Below are positions 1 through 5,454 of a DNA stretch of 5,454 nt, piece by piece. Numbering within the stretch: the stretch's first letter is position 1; every line of letters starts with the position of its first letter. A program made the translations under genes and the position numbers. The stretch is from Prasinococcaceae sp. CCMP 1430 (taxonomy: Eukaryota > Plantae > Prasinodermophyta): contig RQSC01000579.1 of assembly GCA_013416795.1 (NCBI GenBank), positions 39,992 to 45,445 of the forward strand, read 5' to 3'. Under the pieces are notes generated by a model. The model was given only the letters and a program-made list of their open reading frames with translations. It did no database searches and had not been told where the DNA came from.

Positions 1-5
1 GGAGC

Positions 6-575
6 TTGCATGAGCAAAAAGAGCAGCTGTTTGGAGTTCCTGCTACTGTTGATCAGCTCTTTGAAGGCTTGAAGAGGCAATTTCAACCTATTGCACCCGA
101 GGCTACCGCTCGAGATCTATTGGTGCGCCTTCGTCAACGAGCAAGCGTTCAAGAGTATGTATCGCGCTTCAACGAGCTGGTGCTTCAATGTCCATCCATG
201 CACGAGTCGGAGATGATGGACAAGTTCAAGAGGGGACTCAAGCCAACTGTGGCCAAGGAAGTGGCGCTCAAGGACCCTACCAGTCTTGGAGAAATGATGG
301 CATTGGCAACAAGGGTCGACGCTGTGGAGTATAGTCAGAGGCAGTGGGGCAGCCACAACTTTGGAGGATATCGACACTTTGGATCTCAAGCGCCAAGCAC
401 GAGTGTTCAAGGTCCAGTACCCATGGAGTTGGGACTTGTGCAGTACCAGCGCAGGCAGCAGAATTTCAAGCCGAGAGGACCCTGCTATAATTGCGGCAAG
501 CTTGGACATCTGGCTCGAGACTGTCATGTGAAGGCGAAGCAACCTCAACAGCAGGAAAAAGGAGGACGCCAGTAA
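6..575 (+). CDS. gag: Gag, 5'-truncated by the window edge (copy 1): capsid C-terminal part and nucleocapsid
   Basis: [17 protein letters not shown] and FKRGLKP retrotransposon-gag motifs, PVPMELG linker, CCHC knuckle [14 protein letters not shown] (483-524), stop TAA 573-575. The TTG at 6 is not a real start, because the homologous sequence continues upstream in copy 2. Confidence 0.95.
   Translation: MHEQKEQLFGVPATVDQLFEGLKRQFQPIAPEATARDLLVRLRQRASVQEYVSRFNELVLQCPSMHESEMMDKFKRGLKPTVAKEVALKDPTSLGEMMALATRVDAVEYSQRQWGSHNFGGYRHFGSQAPSTSVQGPVPMELGLVQYQRRQQNFKPRGPCYNCGKLGHLARDCHVKAKQPQQQEKGGRQ
483..524 (+). other. CCHC zinc knuckle of the Gag nucleocapsid
   Basis: C-X2-C-X4-H-X4-C: [14 protein letters not shown]. 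Confidence 0.97.
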
Positions 576-3500
576 GTCGTTCTGGGGTGTCTACTGGCGT
601 GAAGACGAGAACTCACAAGGAGGTTATCCCCAGGAGCCTGCCGAGAAGCAAAGGACGAGACGTTGACAAGCCTATCATCGTGGAAGGAGTGGTCGACGGC
701 AACAAGGCGAAGTGTATGGTCGACAGTGGCGCAAGTGCAAACTTTGTGCACAAGAAGCTGGTGAAAGAGTGGCGAATCCCTGTGCAGAAGCATTATGAGC
801 CTAAGGAGGCAATTTTGGCGAATGGGCAGAGACTCAAGTGTGGTGCACCTACGGAAGCTATTCACGTGGAAGTAGCGGGGCACCGGAGTAAGGAAGTTAT
901 GGAGCAGGCAGAGTTGGGTCACCATGAGGTGATATTGGGCCGACCATGGCTAAGGAAAGCCAACCCTCAAGTGCACTGGAGCACAGGACAAGTGAAAGTC
1001 CAAGGGCGTGATGGTCGAATGGAGACAGCGAAACAGGTGGAGGTAGATACGACCACAAGTAACTGTCTTCTGTCGAGCCTGCAAGTTAAGAAGCTATGCA
1101 GGGCGAATCAGGTGAAGGAGATGTACCTTGTTTCGGTGGCCCTGGCCAGGTCATCAGATGGAGCAAGCGTGAATCCTAACAGCCTGGGCGAATGTACATC
1201 GCCGGAGGAGCAAGTAGTGGTGTCTGATCCCCTTGCTCAGAAGGAGCAGAGCCCAACTGCTCAAGAGAAGAAGCCTGCTGAGATGCCTGCCCAAATTAAG
1301 GCGCTGTTGGAGGAGTTCAAGTGCGTGTTTCCTGAGGAGCTACCTGCAGGATTACCTCCACAGAGAGCTATGGAGCACAAGATTGAGTTGGAACCAGGGA
1401 GCAAGCCACCAGTGAGACCCGCCTATCGACAATCGTTTGCGGAGTTGGATGAGTTGAAGAAGCAGCTGACAGAGTTGTTGGAGAAGGGATTCATCCGACC
1501 CAGCGAGTCTCCATTTGCAGCGCCAGTCTTATTTGTGAAGAAGAAGGATGGGACTATGAGGATGTGTGTCGACTACCGGGCACTCAACAAGGTCACCATC
1601 AAGAACAGGTACCCACTTCCACGAGTGGACGAGTTGATTGACAGGCTTGTCGGGGCGAAGTATTTCTCGAAGATCGATTTGAGGAGTGGCTATCACCAGG
1701 TACGGATTGCGGAAGGAGACGTTCAGAAGACTGCTTTCAGGACTCGCTATGGTTTGTTCGAGTTCACAGTCATGCCTTTTGGATTGACTAATGCACCTGC
1801 TACATTCATGGGACTCATGAATAGTATCTTCAGACCCTACTTGGACCAGTTTGTGGTGGTATTTTTGGACGACATCCTGATCTATTCGAAGACCTTGGAA
1901 GAGCATGTGGAGCATCTGAGGAAGGTGTTGGAGGTCTTGAGAGATCAAAAGCTGTATGGGAAGATGAGCAAGTGCGACTTCTGTCTCAAGGAGGTCGAGT
2001 TTCTTGGACACATAGTGGGAGCTGAAGGAGTCAAGGTGGAGCAGAAGAAGGTGCAAGCAGTCAGAGATTGGCCGGTACCTGCTGATATTCATCAACTCAG
2101 GAGTTTCCTCGGCATGGCGAATTATTATCGACGTTTCATTGAAGGATTTGCCAAGGTGTGTGCACCGCTCACGGACATGTTGAAGAAGCAGGAGAAGTGG
2201 CTATGGGGTGACAAGGAGCAGCAAGCCTTTGAGAAGATTAAGGAGCTGTTGACACAGGCACCTGTGTTGGCAATTGCAAGTCCAGAGCTTCCTTTCACCA
2301 TCATCACGGACGCATCAAATTTCGCAGTGGGAGCCATTCTTCTCCAGGACCAGGGCAAAGGATTGCAGCCTGTGGCATATGAGAGCAGGAAGTTGAGTCC
2401 TGCTGAGCAAAACTATGCAGCACACGAGCGGGAGATGTTGGCTATTATCCAGGCTTTGAGGATTTGGCGATGTTATGTGGACGGCCGGAAGGTGTTCATC
2501 AAGACCGACCACAAGAGCTTGGAGAAGTTTATGACGCAGCCAACGTTGACACCAAGACAGGCAAGGTGGATGGAGTTTCTGCAACAGTTCGACCACAAGA
2601 TTGAGTACTTACCTGGGAAGATCAACCCTGCAGACGCTTTATCCAGGAGGTGTGACCTTGCAGCTGTCTCAGTCATCAAGGAGAATATGGACTTCAAGGA
2701 GAAGCTTCAGAGAGGTTATGAGGAGGACCCAGAGTTTGCTGATGGTGGAGCAGCTGAGTCCAACTCGAGTATGCAGAAGAAGGACGGCATATGGTATTAT
2801 GGTGATTCCAAGAGAGTGGTGGTACCTGACATCAAGGAGCTACGAGACTTACTACTTGCGGAGCATCATGACTGCTTATATGCTGGACACTTTGGAAGCG
2901 AGAAGACGGCAAGCGTGCTGAAGCGGGAATACTACTGGAGAAATATGGACAAGGACATCGAGGAGTGGATCAGGAGTTGCGATGCGTGCCAGAGAAACAA
3001 GACACCAAATCAAAAGAAGGGAGGTACATTGCAGCCCCTGCCTATTCCAGAGTATCCTTGGGAGCAGATTGCTATGGACTTCATCACATCGTTACCAGTC
3101 AGTGGTCAAGGGCACGATGCAGTATGGGTTGTGTCTGACAGACTCAGCAAGATGGCTCACTTCATTCCCATGAAGGAGACTTCTACGGCAGCAGATGTGG
3201 CACGGCTATTCTTTGATCATATTTTCAGGCTACATGGGTTGCCGAAGGTGATTGTTTCAGATCGGGATCCAAGGTTTACTAGCAACTTTTGGCGGTCATT
3301 GTTTACTTTGATGGGGACCAAGCTGAGTATGAGCACTTCCTATCACCCTCAGACAGATGGGCAGAGTGAGAGGCTCAACAGAACTCTGCAAGAGGTGCTC
3401 AGGAGTTTCACTATGGAAGACCCTTCAGAGTGGGACAAGAAGCTGCCAGGATTGGAGTTTGCCTACAACAACAGCATGCAGGGATCGACCAAGCAGTCAC

Positions 3501-4174
3501 CATTCGCTATGGTTTATGGGAGAGAAGTATATCATCCAGGGAACATCTTGTTGGAGAAGGCCAAGGAGACTCAGGTTCCTACTACACAAGCTTTTATGGA
3601 GCAGATGGCCAAGACTTGGGATATGGCGAAGACGTGTATTCGGAAGGCACAGGAAGAGCAGGTCAAGCATGCTAACAAGCACAGGAGGGAAGTGACATTC
3701 CATGTGGGCGACAAAGTACTCTTGTCCACAGAGAACCTACCTTTCACAGGCAAGAGGAAACTGCGGGCACGGTTTACAGGTCCCTTTGTAGTGCTCAAGC
3801 AGGTGAATCCAGTGGCCTACAAGTTGGAACTTCCTTCAGGCTGGCGTATCCATGATGTGTTCCATGTCAGTTGTCTGCGGCCATACGTTGACCCGAATGA
3901 AGGACATCCAGGACGACTACCTACACCGCCACCACCGGTCGAGATCGATGATGTATTGGAGTATGAAGTGGAGGCGATTGTCGGCGATCGACGAGTCAAG
4001 CGAGGTCAACGACTTGTTCAAGAGTATCTGGTCAAGTGGAAAGGCTACCATGCGGACGACAACACTTGGGAGCCAGAGGCCAACTTGACTCATTGTAAGA
4101 GTAAGTTGAGACGTTATCTGCAGAATGCGTCGAGGACGTCGCATCTTGAGGAGGGGGATGATGTAAGGTCATAG
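491..4174 (+). CDS. pol: Pol polyprotein (PR-RT-RNaseH-IN-chromodomain). The open frame runs from 491; it is probably entered by frameshift near 555-560 as a Gag-Pol fusion
   Basis: 1227 uninterrupted codons with all catalytic motifs present. The TTG at 491 is unlikely to be a true start. Confidence 0.97.
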   Translation: MRQAWTSGSRLSCEGEATSTAGKRRTPVSRSGVSTGVKTRTHKEVIPRSLPRSKGRDVDKPIIVEGVVDGNKAKCMVDSGASANFVHKKLVKEWRIPVQKHYEPKEAILANGQRLKCGAPTEAIHVEVAGHRSKEVMEQAELGHHEVILGRPWLRKANPQVHWSTGQVKVQGRDGRMETAKQVEVDTTTSNCLLSSLQVKKLCRANQVKEMYLVSVALARSSDGASVNPNSLGECTSPEEQVVVSDPLAQKEQSPTAQEKKPAEMPAQIKALLEEFKCVFPEELPAGLPPQRAMEHKIELEPGSKPPVRPAYRQSFAELDELKKQLTELLEKGFIRPSESPFAAPVLFVKKKDGTMRMCVDYRALNKVTIKNRYPLPRVDELIDRLVGAKYFSKIDLRSGYHQVRIAEGDVQKTAFRTRYGLFEFTVMPFGLTNAPATFMGLMNSIFRPYLDQFVVVFLDDILIYSKTLEEHVEHLRKVLEVLRDQKLYGKMSKCDFCLKEVEFLGHIVGAEGVKVEQKKVQAVRDWPVPADIHQLRSFLGMANYYRRFIEGFAKVCAPLTDMLKKQEKWLWGDKEQQAFEKIKELLTQAPVLAIASPELPFTIITDASNFAVGAILLQDQGKGLQPVAYESRKLSPAEQNYAAHEREMLAIIQALRIWRCYVDGRKVFIKTDHKSLEKFMTQPTLTPRQARWMEFLQQFDHKIEYLPGKINPADALSRRCDLAAVSVIKENMDFKEKLQRGYEEDPEFADGGAAESNSSMQKKDGIWYYGDSKRVVVPDIKELRDLLLAEHHDCLYAGHFGSEKTASVLKREYYWRNMDKDIEEWIRSCDACQRNKTPNQKKGGTLQPLPIPEYPWEQIAMDFITSLPVSGQGHDAVWVVSDRLSKMAHFIPMKETSTAADVARLFFDHIFRLHGLPKVIVSDRDPRFTSNFWRSLFTLMGTKLSMSTSYHPQTDGQSERLNRTLQEVLRSFTMEDPSEWDKKLPGLEFAYNNSMQGSTKQSPFAMVYGREVYHPGNILLEKAKETQVPTTQAFMEQMAKTWDMAKTCIRKAQEEQVKHANKHRREVTFHVGDKVLLSTENLPFTGKRKLRARFTGPFVVLKQVNPVAYKLELPSGWRIHDVFHVSCLRPYVDPNEGHPGRLPTPPPPVEIDDVLEYEVEAIVGDRRVKRGQRLVQEYLVKWKGYHADDNTWEPEANLTHCKSKLRRYLQNASRTSHLEEGDDVRS
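554..600 (+). promoter_or_regulatory. Putative -1 programmed ribosomal frameshift signal (slippery G GAA AAA, 5-nt spacer, 9-bp stem-loop)
   Basis: pol lies in the -1 frame relative to gag, and its first ATG (716) is inside the protease. G_GAA_AAA is at 554-560. ACGCCAGTA (566-574) is the exact reverse complement of TACTGGCGT (592-600). Confidence 0.7.
671..979 (+). other. Retropepsin aspartic protease domain
   Basis: [10 protein letters not shown] (catalytic DSG at 722-730) and C-terminal ILGRPWL. Boundaries approximate. Confidence 0.93.
1382..2017 (+). other. Reverse transcriptase core
   Basis: [51 protein letters not shown] (FLDD at 1862-1873), FLGHIV. Boundaries approximate. Confidence 0.97.
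2294..2647 (+). other. RNase H domain (Ty3/Gypsy type)
   Basis: [12 protein letters not shown] (D at 2309), SRKL..AEQNY...EREMLA, TDHKSL, RQARW, ADALSR. Confidence 0.95.
2813..3886 (+). other. Integrase: HHCC zinc-binding domain, DD(35)E core, GPY/F module
   Basis: H..YAGH....CDAC (2864-2989); D at 3077 (AMDF), D at 3260 (SDRD) and E at 3368 (SER), giving 35 residues between the second D and E; GPF at 3779-3787; HDVFHVSCL. Confidence 0.96.
3959..4117 (+). other. Chromodomain at the integrase C-terminus (canonical, group I type)
   Basis: EYEVEAIV...EYLVKWKGY...NTWEPEANL, with aromatic residues Y (3962), W (4037) and Y (4046). Confidence 0.95.
4148..4158 (+). other. Polypurine tract (plus-strand primer)
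   Basis: GAGGAGGGGGA directly before TGATGTAAGG, at the end of pol. Confidence 0.9.
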
Positions 4175-4404
4175 GTTTATAAAGTGCATTTTTGAGTTTC
4201 ATGAAAGTATGTTTTGATTGTATAGTAGTGTAGAGTGCATTTTTGTGGTCATTTTGATATAAAGTTCATCGAATTTGGTCAAGTATTGAGAGAGTTATGG
4301 ATTTCCGAAGTTTAATTAGTTTTGAGGTCGGTTGACGACTGTCCTTAATTCGCGGTGAGCGCGACCGTCGGATTGACCGACAGCGTCGAGCGATCTGGCC
4401 CGTT

Positions 4405-4434
4405 AGAATGAACTCGAACCTTCACGTAAGTTCG
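4405..4434 (+). promoter_or_regulatory. Putative heat-shock element array (six in-phase pentamers, four perfect)
   Basis: aGAAt gAACt cGAAc cTTCa cGTAa gTTCg. Confidence 0.6.
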
Positions 4435-4468
4435 GCTGACGCGGAGTGCCGACTAGGTCGATTTACCT

Positions 4469-4478
4469 AGAAGTTTCG
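4469..4478 (+). promoter_or_regulatory. Two-unit HSE core
   Basis: aGAAg tTTCg. Confidence 0.4.
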
Positions 4479-4500
4479 GTTTAGCCTAGCGCGTCTAAGA

Positions 4501-4516
4501 TAGAATATTCTAGTAA
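4501..4516 (+). promoter_or_regulatory. HSE core within a 12-bp palindrome, plus an imperfect third unit
   Basis: TAGAATATTCTA palindrome (4501-4512); aGAAt aTTCt aGTAa. Confidence 0.5.
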
Positions 4517-4583
4517 TGTCGATGCATGTATGTGGACGTCAATTCGGCCCGACACGTCAGATTAGACTGATCTGGCTTACTCA

Positions 4584-4598
4584 CGAATATTCTGGAAG
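4584..4598 (+). promoter_or_regulatory. Perfect three-unit heat-shock element
   Basis: cGAAt aTTCt gGAAg matches nGAAn nTTCn nGAAn, ~70 bp upstream of the TATA box. Confidence 0.7.
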
Positions 4599-4666
4599 GG
4601 ACGATTTGACGAACACTTAGGAAAATCCGTAGCTTCCTCCTAGGGAGGAGCACTTAGGCAGAAAAT

Positions 4667-4703
4667 TATAAATAGGCATAACTTCTTTGTTTCTTATCAG
4701 TTT
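4667..4703 (+). promoter_or_regulatory. Putative LTR core promoter: TATA box and initiator
   Basis: TATAAATA at 4667-4674. TCAGTTT (4697-4703) fits YYANWYY, with A4699 lying 32 nt after the first T of the TATA box. Confidence 0.7.
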
Positions 4704-4964
4704 TCACTTCTGTAAATTTCTACGGGTTTGTAATGACAAGGCCTTTCATCCTACATCATTTGTGAGCAGTTTCTTGCCACTCAAAATGTCAAGTAATTTT
4801 CCTAAGCTTTCTTAGCAATATGCCGCTGCACTCTTGAGTATGATTGCAACTAGCTTTGTTCCTCGTGAGTCACTACGCTTCCACTAGGGCACTCTGCCCC
4901 TTTCACCCGTGAAGATGGAGGCACGGAGCAGACGGCACCACCTTTGTCAAGGGAGCAACAAGAG

Positions 4965-5454
4965 ATGCAGGCGATATCGAGGCAGACGGCAAACGCAATT
5001 GGAGGAGAAGTCTGCACATAGTTTCAACAAAATATGCGCCAGGAGGTGGAGAGAATGGTGCGAGTTGTTATGGGGAACGCCGCTTCGACGAGTTTGGCAC
5101 CTGCACCTGTTGTACCACCAATTCATGTTAACCCAGTGGTGCAACCAGTTATTCCACCCGCATCAGGAGTGCGTGCACCTAAGCCTGAAGTTTATACTGG
5201 AGAGCGTGGATCGCCGCCTGTTCATCAATGGATTTTTGGAGTGAAGAAGTTTATGGAGTATTCTGCGCTCACGCCCGACAGGCAAGTCGCCTTTGTCATA
5301 ACTTTGCTGCAGAAGAGTGCTGGAGCTTGGTATGAACGAGAAGAGCAGCTGTCTGGAGTTCCTGCTACTGTTGATCAGCTATTTGAAGGCTTGAAGAGGC
5401 AATTTCAACCTATTGCACCCGAGGCTACTGCTCGAGATCTATTGGTGCGCCTAC
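4965..5454 (+). CDS. gag: Gag N-terminal half (copy 2), 3'-truncated by the window. In-frame TAG at 5019-5021; next in-frame ATG at 5034
   Basis: The frame reads ...PAPVVPPIHVNPVVQPVIPPASGVRAPKPEVYTGERGSPPVHQWIFGVKKFMEY...[28 protein letters not shown] and overlaps the protein of 6..575. The true start (4915 with an indel, 4965 or 5034) is uncertain, and the copy may be a pseudogene. It is absent from the supplied ORF track, probably because the frame reaches the window edge without a stop. Confidence 0.88.
5322..5454 (+). repeat. Direct repeat of window positions 1-132 (gag segment)
   Basis: Hand alignment gives 8 substitutions and 1 indel over 133 positions (~93% identity); unit period 5321-5322 bp. 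Confidence 0.97.

Larger units (their letters stand above)
4159..4758 (+). repeat. LTR (600 bp), shared between the upstream and downstream copies
   Basis: Begins TG right after the PPT. Terminal inverted repeats are TGATGTA (4159-4165) and TACATCA (4752-4758). It has no long ORF and contains TATA/Inr. Only one copy is in the window, so boundaries are inferred; alternatives are 4162-4755, or a 3' end at 4791. Confidence 0.75.
1..5454 (+). mobile_element. Ty3/Gypsy (Metaviridae) chromovirus LTR retrotransposon: 3' part of one copy, a shared LTR, and the 5' part of a second copy
   Basis: Domain order gag-PR-RT-RH-INT (integrase after RNase H, as in Ty3/Gypsy), C-terminal chromodomain, PPT, LTR-like segment, then gag again. 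Confidence 0.97.

Noticed and set aside
1862-1873. FLDD instead of YxDD in RT
   Set aside because: F at this position is common in Ty3/Gypsy RTs and is not a sign of inactivation or novelty.
1233-4088. Short alternative-frame plus-strand ORFs within pol
   Set aside because: They have no domain-like features and lie inside conserved catalytic regions; they are best explained as by-products.
117-4144. Minus-strand ORFs (117-548, 545-925, 1529-2095, 2125-2358, 2315-2596, 2473-2697, 3497-3703, 3571-3798, 3817-3999, 3917-4144)
   Set aside because: They have no recognisable motifs and lie entirely antisense to gag/pol; such shadow ORFs are expected from codon bias in a long coding sequence.
4580-4766. 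9-bp pairing of CUCACGAAU (4580-4588) with AUUUGUGAG (4758-4766) as a self-primer
   Set aside because: It includes a G-U pair, and a match this good is expected by chance roughly 0.3 times in 600 bp. It also lies upstream of the TATA box, inside the HSE.
4175-4900. tRNA, other ncRNA gene or CRISPR array in the non-coding region
   Set aside because: There is no cloverleaf or regularly spaced repeat-spacer pattern, and the region is explained as LTR plus leader.
5019-5027. Programmed read-through of the TAG in gag
   Set aside because: The context TAG TTT CAA does not match the known leaky context (TAG CAR YYA); a nonsense mutation or a downstream start is simpler.
4909-5244. 111-aa ORF as an independent accessory or env-like gene
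   Set aside because: It has no transmembrane or other motif and overlaps the real gag frame. It is treated only as a possible uORF or frameshift remnant.
1-5454. RIP-type hypermutation
   Set aside because: pol is fully open and CpA and CpG sites are abundant; a single possible CAG-to-TAG change is not enough.
5322-5454. Terminal repeat as the exact overlap of a circular contig or pure 1-LTR circle
   Set aside because: The two ends differ at 9 positions, including 3 synonymous ones away from the cluster at the start of the window; an assembler overlap should be identical. A chimeric consensus remains possible.

Overview
The window is about one unit (~5.32 kb) of a eukaryotic Ty3/Gypsy LTR retrotransposon of the chromovirus type, circularly permuted. 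The order is: 3' two-thirds of gag (6-575); an uninterrupted pol (protease, RT, RNase H, integrase, chromodomain; ends at 4174); a polypurine tract; one ~600-bp LTR (best boundaries 4159-4758); a leader; and the 5' part of a second gag (to 5454). The last 133 bp repeat the first 132 bp at ~93% identity, which suggests two diverged copies in tandem sharing one LTR. Notable details: (1) U3 holds four GAAnnTTC heat-shock-element cores, including a perfect three-unit HSE upstream of TATA/Inr; (2) there is no tRNA-type primer-binding site, but an 11-bp LTR/leader complementarity could indicate Tf1-like self-priming; (3) a slippery site plus a 9-bp stem-loop at the gag/pol overlap suggests -1 frameshifting; (4) TGATG...CATCA LTR ends and pol running into the LTR occur together with a canonical chromodomain. 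Host and exact clade cannot be fixed from the sequence alone. All motif counts and alignments were done by hand.
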